This document shows, piece after piece, positions 1 through 12,028 of a stretch of DNA of 64,000 bases (position 1 is its first letter; each line of letters begins with the position of its first letter). The notes under the pieces were generated by a model. It was not told the DNA's origin. It did no database searches and was given only the letters and a program-made list of their open reading frames with translations. Made by a program: the position numbers and the translations under genes. Source of the stretch: Octopus bimaculoides (taxonomy: Eukaryota); NCBI RefSeq assembly GCF_001194135.2, contig NC_068981.1, forward strand, positions 167,094,254 through 167,158,253. The letters are read 5' to 3'.

Positions 1-213
1 ATTTTCAAAATAGAAATATTTATTTCCTGAAAATAAAATTAAATATTAAAACAGTAAAAAACTTAAAAATTGAAAACAAAATTACTCTCTGTATTGATTT
101 TACATTACAGAAATTCACATATCTGTCTGTTTGTCTGTTTGTCTGTCTGTCTGTCTGTCAACTATCTATGCATACCAGCACAAGTGTGTCACCCCAACTT
201 TGTTTTATTCTTT

Positions 214-416
214 TATTCTTTTACTTGTTTCAGTCATTTGACTGCGGCCATGCTGGAGCACCGCCTTTAGTCGAATCAAATCGACCCCAGGACTTATTCT
301 TTGTAAGCCTAGTACTTATTCTGTTGTTTTGTTTTTGCCGAACCGCTAGGTTACGGGGACATAAACACACCATCACCGGTTGTCAAAAGATGGTGGGGCG
401 GGACAAACAAAGACAC

Positions 417-455
<39 letters not shown>

Positions 456-620
456 TAACACGGGCTTCTTTCAGTTTCCATCTACAAATACACTCACTAG
501 GCTTTGGTCAGCCCGAGGCTATAGTAGAAGACACTTGCCCAAAGTGCGACGCAGTGGGACTGAACCCGGAAGCATGTGGTTGGTAAGCAAGCTACTTACC
601 ACACAACCACTCCTGCGCCT
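214..620 (-). mobile_element. tRNA-derived SINE copy (same family as 38117-38472)
   Basis: Reverse complement matches 38117-38472 from head to tail. Confidence 0.8.
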
Positions 621-1529
621 CCTAATAATTTTAAGAAAAATTGATATTGTTAAATGGAATTTTCTGCAAATACCTTTCAAATAGTTAAATTATGATTATA
701 TCAGAATTTAAAGTCTTAAAAAGAAAAAAATGGTAGGTGCATATCTATAAATTGGAACTTAAAATTTTGAAAGAAATTATATGATGTCTGTTTACATTAA
801 ATTCTGAAATACTTGGTATCTATACCATCTAAACAGTTTTTGTAGAAAATTTCATTAAGAAAAACATCCATTTTCCTGTAAGTTACAAGGAAACAAGGTT
901 GGGGCAGTTTGAGTTCACATTCCACCAAGGTTGACTTTGATCGACATCCTTTCGAGATCAATAAAATAAGTATCAGTTGGGCCCTGGAGTTGATCTAATC
1001 AATTAACTCCCTCCCTGAAGCTGTTGGCTCTGTACCAAAATTTGAAACAAATATTAGCCAAACCCTAGTAGCTTTCCTAATCACTGTATGTAATCCTAAG
1101 ATGGTTATTTATGATGTTAAGAATATTGGAAATAATGAAACCCAAATTTTTATTAACCAAATATGTATTTTTGAGTTATGATGCTAAGTATTAATCCAAA
1201 GTATTTCATTAATTTTCTCAATGTTGTTGATCTTCTATATATAAGACAAAATTATTTTCATAAAATGGGGAAATATAAAAAAAAAATCATAACTATTTAT
1301 AATTTTAATATGCTTTTCTCCTTTTTTCTTTTATCTCTTACGTGTTTCAGTCATTAAACTGAGGCCATGTTGGAGCACCAAAGAAGTTTTAGTTGAATGA
1401 ATTGACTCAAGTACTTATTCTATCAGTTTCTTATGCTGAACTGCTAAGTTATGGGAATGTAAATACACCAGCACCAGTTGTCAAGTGGTGGTGGGGGACA
1501 AACGTAACATATGCACAAAGACACATACA

Positions 1530-1586
<57 letters not shown>

Positions 1587-4279
1587 ATATATTATATGTG
1601 TGTGTGTGTTACAAGTTTCTTTCAGTTTCTGTCCATCAAGTATACTCACAAGGTTTTGGTAGGCTCAAGGTTATAAGTAAAAGACAATGTGCAAGGTGTC
1701 ATGTAGTGGGAATGAATCCGGAACCATGTGGTTGGGAAGCAAACTTTTTACCACTTAGCCACACCTGTGCCTACAGAAAAAAAAACAGAGAGAGTAATAA
1801 TTAAAGTAGGAATAAATATAAATGCGTCACCCACTACAGTAACAGGTTTTTATTTGTATAAAAATAATTGCGGCTTGGTAGTTGTGATTTGATGTATTCA
1901 TATTGAATTCAGAAATAACACAAGACTATGCATTTGTAACTCACTCTTATCTTTAGAATGTGCACACACACTTGAAATATGGATATGAGACATCATGGCA
2001 CAGCTGTTTTGGTGCTGCCTATTTGGTGTCGCTTTTTCAATACTGACTTATTTGACATTAGATGTTTTAATATGCTTCTCTTTTTAATGTTTTATCTGTT
2101 TTGATCTCTCTCTCTCTCTTTTTTAAGTGTGTGAGCATATTTATCTGTATGACCGAGACCTTGACTACTGACCGAGACCTTTGGAAATGTGCTGTGCGTG
2201 AGAAGACCCGGCAAGCCAAGTAAGATCGTTGCCAGTGCCCCTGGACTGGTTCTTGTGCGGGTGGCACATGAGATGCACCATTTTGAGCGTGGCCGTTGCC
2301 AGTACCGCCTGACTGGCTCCCGTAGGATTTTCGAGCGAGATCGTTGCCAGTGCCCCTGGACTGGCTTGTGCGGGTGGCACATAAAAGACACCATTTCGAG
2401 CGTGGCCGTTTTCGTGCGGGTGACACGTAAAAGCACCCACTACACTCTCTGAGTGGTTGGCGTTAGGAAGGGCATCCAGCTGTAGAAACTCTGCCAAATC
2501 AGACTGGAGCCTGGTGTTGCCATCCGGTTTCACCAGTCCTCAGTCAAATCGTCCAACCCATGCTAGCATGGAAAGCGGACGTTAAACGACGATGATGATG
2601 ATGATGATGATGTATAAGGAATGAGAAAGTGTTTATGTCAACCATGTTCAGTTAATAAATTGCAGTCTCTCACTCTCTCTCTCTCTCTCTCTCTCTCACT
2701 GCCCATATCTGTATGTCTATATTTCTATGCGAGCATATGTGTGTGTGTGTCAGTGGTGTATGGTGGTTGCTGTATTAGGTGTGCAGCCACATCCAGTGCC
2801 ACCAAATTTCAAGCAGGGGTATAATAAAAATTTTCCATTAAGATTAGTGATTAAATTAATGAGTAAAACGCTAACGTTAAACTCAACTTTACGATGAAAG
2901 TAAACAAACAAAGTTTGTTCTTTTTTAGAAGCGTTGAGATGTATTGTAAGAACAGAAATAAATTTATTTCTCAAATGCGTGATAATGCTATAAATAGCGT
3001 GATCAGGATAAATTATCCATATAATGCAGAAAAATACGTTGCCAGCCAGCCATGAGACTCGAACTCACATCCATGTGATTACGCGTCAGTAAGGTTAATA
3101 TCTATAATGAATCTGCCATTTTCACTGGGTGTGTAATGCACACCTAGCACATGCAGAATATACACCCCTGGTGTGTGTGTGCTTGTCTCCAATGCCACAA
3201 ACTTCAGTTGCTAAAAAAGTCATCACCAAAATGGGTTCAATGTCCAGTCAGCCATGCCAAATTACCAACATCCAAACAGCTACACCCATTTATCTCATTC
3301 TGTTGAAATATGGCTGCTATTAGAAATGCAAGGCTAATGCTTCAAAATTTCCCTAACATACTTGATTTCAAAACTAATGAGAAAAACAGAAATGGAATTT
3401 AAAAAAAATAAATTTTTAATTGTTTTTTGCTTTGGGCTTGTTTCATATACTTTGGTTTCAGAAATCTTCCTCTCCTGCCAGTGCCAAGTTTGGTTTATGA
3501 CAAACATCTTAGTTTTCTTTATTTGAATGCAAAAATAATANNNNNNNNNNNNNNNNNNNNNNNNNNNNNNNNNNNNNNNNNNNNNNNNNNNNNNNNNNNN
3601 NNNNNNNNNNNNNNNNNNNNNNNNNNNNNNNNNNNNNNNNNNNNNNNNNNNNNNNNNNNNNNNNNNNNNNNNNNNNNNNNNNNNNNNNNNNNNNNNNNNN
3701 NNNNNNNNNNNNNNNNNNNNNNNNNNNNNNNNNNNNNNNNNNNNNNNNNNNNNNNNNNNNNNNNNNNNNNNNNNNNNNNNNNNNNNNNNNNNNNNNNNNN
3801 NNNNNNNNNNNNNNNNNNNNNNNNNNNNNNNNNNNNNNNNNNNNNNNNNNNNNNNNNNNNNNNNNNNNNNNNNNNNNNNNNNNNNNNNNNNNNNNNNNNN
3901 NNNNNNNNNNNNNNNNATATATATATCTGTCTAACTTAGATCCAAGGCTCCTATTTATTTATGTATGTATGTATGTATGTATGTATGTACGTATGTATGT
4001 ATGTATGTATGTATGTATGCATGCATGTATATGTATATGCATGTATGTTTATTCATATATCTTTTATCTTTTACTTATCTCAGTCTTTGGACTGTGGCCA
4101 TGCTGGGGCATTACCTTGAAGGGTTTAGTCAAATGAATAATCCCCAGTGCTTACTATTTTTACTAAGACTAATACTTATTCTATTAGTCTCTTTTTGCTG
4201 AACTGCTAACGTGTGGGGGATGTAAATAAATCAACACTGGTTGTTGAGCATTTGTGGGGGAACAAACACAAACACATAG

Positions 4280-4320
<41 letters not shown>

Positions 4321-4402
4321 CATACACACATTGGTACACAAACACACACAAACACAGACATACATATATTGGTACACACACACTTAAGTTGCTTTGACAG
4401 TC

Positions 4403-5005
4403 ATTAGGCTCAAGGACCTCATCTACTGCAGCCCCTTGGTTGACGCACTTTTGGCAGGCATTGAAAAAAGGTTTAGGACCCTCCTGGAAGATGAGGAATG
4501 CTAGCTGGCTGCTGCCTTCCACCCCAGGTTTTGCCTCATCTGGTTGGATAAGTATGACAACACCAAGGTTGCCAAGGTGGGGAAAAGCATGGAGGGTAAG
4601 GTCGAGAAGGCCATGAGGCAGCAGTCTGATGAAGTGAGCAGCAACAATGAAGAGGAGGATGACTTCTTCGGTGGTGTCACCCAGCCAAAAGAGAGCAGCA
4701 GGAGTCACAGGTCACTCAAGGACAAGGCCCAGAATTTGGTCAAGACATGGTTGGAGACCAACTCCAAGGACTTGCTGACAGATGCTGCCTTCTTGGGTGA
4801 GCAAGTGTTGGTAGACTTGTTCATCATGTTCAAAACAGCCATCCCCTCCAATGCTGCAGTGGGGTGTTTGTTCTCTATGGGCAAGGATATCTTGAGTGCC
4901 AAGAGATTATCCCTGTCTGATGAAAACTTTGACATGCTAATTTTCATGAAGGGCAACATGCATTTCATGAACAAAATGGAGAATAAGAAGAACAGGCAAA
5001 ATTAA
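4403..5005 (+). mobile_element. hAT transposase C-terminal remnant
   Basis: LAAAFHPRF motif and dimerisation-domain-like TAIPSNAAVGCLFSMGKDILSAKRLSLSDENFDMLIFMKGN; in-frame TAG at 4502-4504; GC-richer than flanks. Confidence 0.85.
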
Positions 5006-5718
5006 ATTATGTATATATTGTGTTTTTTATTATTTTTTATGGCCAGTTTATAAATAAACTTTTTTTAGTTTAATACTAATATTGTGTTTCATTTGAGGTT
5101 TTTTTTCTGCCTTTAAAAACCTAAAAAAAGGGCCAAAACTATAAAGTCAGCATTTTTTAACNNNNNNNNNNNNNNNNNNNNNNNNNNNNNNNNNNNNNNN
5201 NNNNNNNNNNNNNNNNNNNNNNNNNNNNNNNNNNNNNNNNNNNNNNNNNNNNNNNNNNNNNNNNNNNNNNNNNNNNNNNNNNNNNNNNNNNNNNNNNNNN
5301 NNNNNNNNNNNNNNNNNNNNNNNNNNNNNNNNNNNNNNNNNNNNNNNNNNNNNNNNNNNNNNNNNNNNNNNNNNNNNNNNNNNNNNNNNNNNNNNNNNNN
5401 NNNNNNNNNNNNNNNNNNNNNNNNNNNNNNNNNNNNNNNNNNNNNNNNNNNNNNNNNNNNNNNNNNNNNNNNNNNNNNNNNNNNNNNNNNNNNNNNNNNN
5501 NNNNNNNNNNNNNNNNNNNNNNNNNNNNNNNNNNNNNNNNNNNNNNNNNNNNNNNNNNNNNNNNNNNNNNNNNNNNNNNNNNNNNNNNNNNNNNNNNNNN
5601 NNNNNNNNNNNNNNNNNNNNNNNNNNNNNNNNNNNNNNNNNNNNNNNNNNNNNNNNNNNNNNNNNNNNNNNNNNNNNNNNNNNNNNNNNNNNNNNNNNNN
5701 NNNNNNNNNNNNNNNNNN

Positions 5719-5792
5719 ATGCACATTTCAATAGGGTATCCCGGAAAAATAATGTGGTTTATTTTTCCGGGATACCCTATTGAAATGTGCAT
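5719..5792. repeat. Perfect 34-bp inverted repeat with a 6-nt loop
   Basis: atgcacatttcaatagggtatcccggaaaaataa-tgtggt-ttatttttccgggataccctattgaaatgtgcat; abuts an N-gap. Confidence 0.95.
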
Positions 5793-5887
5793 AGGTTTGG
5801 CTTATTGTGGGTGTTTCTGTTATTATAATTGTTGCTGCAATAAAGTATCTTCAATGCATTGATTTTGAGCTCTATCCTTTAAGAGAC

Positions 5888-5923
<36 letters not shown>

Positions 5924-6574
5924 TCTGTGATGTGTATGGACGAGGACAACTGTGTGAAGAAGTGCTGATCTGTAAGAGTGGAGGGAACTGTGGAAGAGGC
6001 AGACCCAGGAAGACATGGGATAAGGTGGTGATACATGATCTTTGAATGTTGGGTCTCACAAAGGCAATGACGAATGACTGAAACCTTTGGCAATATGCTG
6101 TGCTTGAGAAGACTTAAGCCAAGTGACATTGTAGTCATGGTCGATGCCGGTGTTATGTAACTGGCACATAAAAAGAACCCTTTGAATGTTGGGCTTCATG
6201 GAGACAGCGACAAGGGACTGAGACCTTTGGCAAGATACCCTGCTTGAGAAGATCTGTCAAGCCAAGTAAGATCATAGTTGTGGCTGATGCTGGTGTAATG
6301 TAACTGGCACCCATGCTGGTGGCACATAAAAAGCACCCACTACATTCTTGGAGTGGTTGGCATTAGGAAGGGCATCCAGCTGTAGAAACCATACCAAATC
6401 AGACTGGAACCTAGTGCAGCTCCCTAGCTTACTAGTTTTCAGTCAAACTGTCCAACCCATAGCAGCATGGAAAACGGATATTAAATGATGATGATGATGA
6501 TATATACATATGTATCATTAGTAAATAATAAATCCGAAGGAGAAGCAAACTCTATGTAACAGAGTAGTAGAATA

Positions 6575-6693
6575 TTTAGATAAAGATATGGCTGGTTCAT
6601 AGGGTTAGCCAAGATTTTGCGTCCCTAAGGCGCTCAACGTTACACAAGTCACATTAGACCCTAATGAATTAGCCATAACTATCTTTAACTAAA
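6575..6693. repeat. Small imperfect fold-back (MITE-like or Penelope remnant)
   Basis: Arms 6575-6605 and 6658-6693 (tttagataaagatatggctggttcatagggt vs its reverse complement). Confidence 0.6.
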
Positions 6694-6711
6694 TATATAT
6701 ACATATATATA

Positions 6712-6740
6712 TAACTAGAAAATTGCTCAGAGCGGTGTTT
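6712..6740 (-). mobile_element. Possible Helitron-like 3' terminus
   Basis: Minus strand ccGCTCtGAGCaattttCTAGt: short hairpin then CTAG/T next to (TA)n; no Rep/Hel coding seen. Confidence 0.3.
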
Positions 6741-7136
6741 CTTCAAGTATTTATAAATAGAAATAACACAAAGACAAATAAGGCAGTAATATTTGTTTAT
6801 ATTAATATAATAATATATTTACAAATGGGAAGTAAATGTTATCCATGTATTGTTATTTTACAAAGATGAAGTGCAGACATAGAAAACAATCATTGGTACA
6901 TCACTGCTATTATGTTTGTCATAATGGGACCAGAATTTATATAATTGCATGCTTTCACAAAGATAAAATGAGTAATTTACTAACTATTACTACATGCTTT
7001 CACAATGTAATTGAACATAGTAGCATGTATTTTCAATATGTGTAGAATTTTCAATGACTTGCTAGAAATAGAAGCCTAAGTAATTTTTGGTCAACAATGT
7101 ACCAGAAGTAAAGTTACTTCAATAAAGAATCCCTTA

Positions 7137-7177
<41 letters not shown>

Positions 7178-7404
7178 NNNNNNNNNNNNNNNNNNNNNNN
7201 NNNNNNNNNNNNNNNNNNNNNNNNNNNNNNNNNNNNNNNNNNNNNNNNNNNNNNNNNNNNNNNNNNNNNNNNNNNNNNNNNNNNNNNNNNNNNNNNNNNN
7301 NNNNNNNNNNNNNNNNNNNNNNNNNNNNNNNNNNNNNNNNNNNNNNNNNNNNNNNNNNNNNNNNNNNNNNNNNNNNNNNNNNNNNNNNNNNATATATATA
7401 TACA

Positions 7405-7447
<43 letters not shown>

Positions 7448-8045
7448 TATCTATAAAAGGCAGATTTTCTGTGTGTGTGTGTGTGTATGTTTAAAATTCA
7501 TACATTTACACAATTCCAAATTTCTTGGATTAAAGAATCGAAATTAATATTCTAAATACAATAAGTTAGGTTACAGCATCATTTTTTTCAGTCAAAATAA
7601 CTCCTAATTACGAATAAAATCCATAAAATTACATAATCTATTTTTTATTCTATTTTTTTTGGAGCAACGTGAAATGAAGTGTTTTGCTCAGGAACACAAT
7701 GCGTCGCCCAGTCCAGGAATCGAAACCACAATCTTACAATCATGATGCTGACACCCTAACTACTAAGTCATGCGCCTCCTTGTATTGTAGTCTATGATTG
7801 GATTGTTACTATGTTGCTCTTCAAAAAATAAGAAATTATAATTATTTATTTTAAAATTCTTTTTTCATCTGTCATATGATCATCAAAATCATGGGAAGCA
7901 TTCTTAGAAATTTTTTTCTGTATTTAAGTCTTAAGATTGCATACCTTGGTATAATTAAGATAAAAATGAGTATTTGAATAATTTTCTATCAGCTTTTCAA
8001 TGTGTTTAGATAAATATATTTACTTACTAAATACTTATAAGTGAC

Positions 8046-8748
8046 AGAGGCAGTATTAATACCAAGAGGTAATAGTTATCTCCACTTAAACATGGATATT
8101 CTGGTAGAACAAACTACACTGTGGTAGTAACCATGAGAGAAACTCTTGTATTGGCTTTTGGTCAAAATGCACTCTTGTGGTTGAACATCCAACACTGACA
8201 AGACCAAGGAAGGCTGAAATCACATGATCCGGTGTCTTGGTGCTGGAGGCTGTGGGAATTTATCTCCCTGCTAGTGATATAAACAAGAATGTATTTTGCA
8301 CCAAAAGTCCAAATGAATTTCTCTTATGGTAACTGCAGTATAGTTTGCTCTAACAGAATATCCACATTTAAGTGGACATAAATATTACCATATGGTATTA
8401 ATACTGCCTCTATTGCTAATATATATTTTTTAACAAGCTCATTGGCTAATTGTAACACCAATGCCTTTTCTGACACTGTTATTCTTTATATTGCTGGCAG
8501 GGAGATGAATTGCTGCTATCTCTAGCAGTCGAGCATCCATCATTGAGAAGGCTAAGGAAGGTGGAAATCACATGATCTGGTTATCTCTGTGCTGGAGGTG
8601 TGGAGATTTACCTCCCTGCTAGCAATATAAATAAGAGTGCATTTTGCACCAAAAACCAATATGGGAATTTCTCTCATGGTAACTATTGTAGTAAAGTTTG
8701 TTCTAACAGAACATTCACATTTAAGTGGAGATAAATATTATATTTATT
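8046..8748. repeat. Unclassified ~240-bp repeat: two direct copies plus an inverted partial copy
   Basis: Copies ~8180-8411 and ~8500-8748; inverted arm 8046-8178 pairs with 8283-8411; further copies at ~13790-14060 and ~13642-13710. Confidence 0.7.
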
Positions 8749-10032
8749 TATATCTTATGTTGCTTTTGTATTTAGTTTGCAAGATTTTTAATGTAAACTC
8801 ATATGTTGAAATAGATTTTTTTATATCTCAGGAAGGTTGTTATTAACCAACTAATAATAATAGTTATTAACCAACTAATAATAATAGTTATTCAACTATA
8901 GGCACAAGGATGGAAATTTTGGGAAAGTAGGCTAGTTGATTACATTGCAAAAAAGCCCAAAAAACAAAGCAAAATCCAATGCTCAACTGGTACTTATTTT
9001 ATCATCCCACAAAAGGAATTTGAACTCAGAACATAAAACCAGAAGAAATGCTGCTAAGCATTTTATCTAGCCTGGTAATGATTCTGCCAGCTCACCAACT
9101 TCAAAGAAGTGAAATCTAACCAATGTGGGTGTTTATTAATGTCATAGGGTCCCTCTCAAGATACAACATTTACATCTTACACATACTTTTATACCCTTTA
9201 AGACAATGCCCCAGTATGGCCACAGTGCAATAATGTGAAAGCAGTAAAAGAATAAAAGAACATACATTAAATGGGTGAAGGCACATTTGATGCTTATACC
9301 CTTAAAAATGCAAAGTAGTATTAGATATGCAGTAAAAAAATACTAATTTCTTACATAGGCACAAGGACGGGAATGTTTTTGGAGGTGGGAGAGAACATTC
9401 GATTATATTGACTCCAGTATTTGACAAGTACTTATTTTACCAACCCCGGGTGAATGAAAAGCAAAGCTGACCTCAGCAAGATTTGAACTCAGAACCTAAA
9501 GAGCAAGACCAAATACAAACCCACAAGGCATTTTTGTCCAATGATCTAATGATTCTACTAATCTAACATTATTGACCAATATTCCTCTTACATTTGTATC
9601 GAAAAATATGGGAAGAAAAACAACAGTATGTTTCACTTTTATTGCAACTCTTCAGCGGGAGTGTTTGAATTTACTGAAGAATGACTGATCAAATTATAAA
9701 GATGTAGGCTCTTTCTGCTTGATATGTTAGACTTCTCTTCACCACAACAACATAATTTAATCTACATTGCAAATGTTCTGTATTTACTATTTGCTATCAG
9801 AGACTATCCTTAATTTTCTGGGTTTCTACATTTTCAGTCTACATAAATGTGTGCTGTTGGTATAAATTAAGTGAATTAATGGAAAAATAGAAAATAGAGA
9901 ATTATTTTGAAATATCAGCCAAATATTAATTAATAGCTAAGTGATTAAGGTTATATTTAGTGTTTATTGCATAGATTTTTTTTTTAATGACTAAGTAGGA
10001 TTAGATGACATATATATGTATATATACATATC

Positions 10033-10066
<34 letters not shown>

Positions 10067-10380
10067 CATGTGTATGTATGTGTGTGTGTGTGTGGGTGTG
10101 GGGATGTACACACACACACACACACACACATACACACACACACAGTTGTTTTGCCTAAACAAATGCATAAATTGAGAAATTTAAAAGTAATGATGCAAAA
10201 ATCTTCACCATTGAATGAATAAATAAACTCTACTACATGTATTGAATGCTATATCTCCCATTTCCACACCCAAATGTGTGTAATATACATACATATATAT
10301 ACACAAACATACATACACACAAACATACATACATACAGACAGACATAATATACATATACATAGACATATACATGCATATA

Positions 10381-10600
10381 TACAAGGGGGTGCTGAAAAG
10401 TTCCTGGCTTTAAGGGTATTGCAAAAGTCTTGGTTGGAGGCCCAACCTTCCGAGTTCTTTTATAGGGCTTAGAAAAATTGGGGGACCACTGCAATAAGTG
10501 TTTGAATCTGAGAAGAGAATATGTTGAATAAAATAATAATTAATTGATCCTCCTGTATTTTCTTTTACCCAAAGACAAGAACTCATCAGCACCCCCTCAA
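10381..10600 (+). mobile_element. Mariner-derived non-autonomous element (MITE)
   Basis: TA-caagggggtgctgaaaagttcc left TIR, degenerate right TIR gaactcatcagcaccccctc; internal GLEKLGDHCNKCLNLRREYVE* resembles the mariner transposase C-terminus. Confidence 0.8.
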
Positions 10601-10780
10601 ACATGCGTGCACACACACACACACACACACACACATAAACATACAGAATATATATATATACATACAGATGAAACTTTATAAAAACTAATTTAAAAAAAGG
10701 GTCTAATATATTCCTTCCCTGAAAGGCCAGTGGTTGTGTGTAGTATACAACTGATAATAGTATATGCCTTGTATTCTCTG

Positions 10781-10795
10781 TTTATTGTGTTTATT
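10781..10795 (-). promoter_or_regulatory. Two AATAAA polyadenylation-signal candidates just after the BBS4 stop
   Basis: Plus-strand tttatt at 10781-10786 and 10790-10795; AT-rich context makes chance occurrence possible. Confidence 0.4.
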
Positions 10796-10805
10796 GTTTT
10801 AGGGA

Positions 10806-11177
10806 TTAAAATTTTTTGCCAGAATTTTCAGACTCCTTCATCAATGTTGGTGTCTTAGAAAATGATAAAGTTTCTCTCAGTTTTAGAAGTTCACTACTAG
10901 CTTGTAAAGGTGGTAAACTAGTTAGTTTTGATTGCTTTGGTCTTGGACTAAGAATGTTGGATGGTTCCCAGTTTTCAACAGAAGTATTATTTACATCAGT
11001 AGTTGCAGACTCAGCTGGTATGGGATTAATTTTGGCTTCAAAATTGGCACTGTTTTCTTTAGTTAGTGGTTTTGATGTTGAAAAGTCACTTTCCATTTCA
11101 TCAGAATTGGAATTCTCCCAAGCTGGGTTTTCATTATTTTCGACAGCAAAATTGAGTTGATTGGCAGTTACCAAAAT
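10806..11177 (-). CDS. BBS4: Probable terminal BBS4 exon (372 nt incl. TAA): [25 protein letters not shown]...ESENSGKKF*
   Basis: ttttgttag| acceptor, phase 0; first 20 aa align with human [20 protein letters not shown] (A, L, A, E, W positions kept); remainder is a S/T/P/E-rich low-complexity tail; open frame to TAA at 10806-10808. Confidence 0.75.
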   Translation of the reverse strand: MLVTANQLNFAVENNENPAWENSNSDEMESDFSTSKPLTKENSANFEAKINPIPAESATTDVNNTSVENWEPSNILSPRPKQSKLTSLPPLQASSELLKLRETLSFSKTPTLMKESENSGKKF

Positions 11178-11239
11178 CTAACAAAAGATGAAAAGATCAG
11201 AAAAAATTAAAATTTATTTTACAAACATATACACATATG

Positions 11240-11303
<64 letters not shown>

Positions 11304-11959
11304 ACCCTGCAGCAGAAATGTTAAGACTGATCATGCTGGTGGTGTAAAGCACTTGTGGTGGTGTCACATAAAAGAACCTGTGTGGAGCCATGTAAAATTG
11401 CCCGTGTAGTGCCACATAAAAATGCCTGTGTGATGCCACATAAAAGTGTCCATGTGGCACCATGTAAAAGCACCCAGCACTCTCTGTAAAGTGGTTGGCG
11501 TTAGGAAGAGCTTCCAACCATAGAAACCATGCCAAATCAGACTGGAGTCTGGTGTAGCTCCCCAGCTTGCCAGGTCTGGTCAATCCATCCAACCCATGCC
11601 AGCAATGACAACAGACATTAAATGATGATGATATATATATATGAAAGATGACAAAAGAAGGAATAAATGATTATCTTATAGACTTCATTAGCTTACAGCT
11701 GTAATTTAATTCTTTCCCAAATAAACTGAACTTCATATTCAAGGCTCTGATAAAGCTATAAGGTGTTACTCAGGTACTCAACCATAAGTCCACTGCATCT
11801 TATAGCAGAAACAGCTGTAAGCTAATGAAGTTCATAAGATGATCATTTATTCCTTTGTTATCTCTCTTTTTTATTACCACTCTATACTCAGCAAACACTT
11901 CATTCTGAAATATACATATATTGAGTTCTATGTCAGGTTATTGGTCTCGCAATACCTAA

Positions 11960-12028
<69 letters not shown>

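Noticed and set aside
4600-4930. CTGATGA motifs inside the hAT coding region (and in exon 15691-15829 and near 62576)
   Set aside because: No correctly spaced GAAA/NUH or stems; chance matches.
1-10380. A second host gene downstream of BBS4
   Set aside because: No convincing exon with recognisable protein similarity among the repeats; small exons cannot be excluded.
10816-11160. 114-aa plus-strand ORF
   Set aside because: Antisense shadow of the BBS4 terminal exon.
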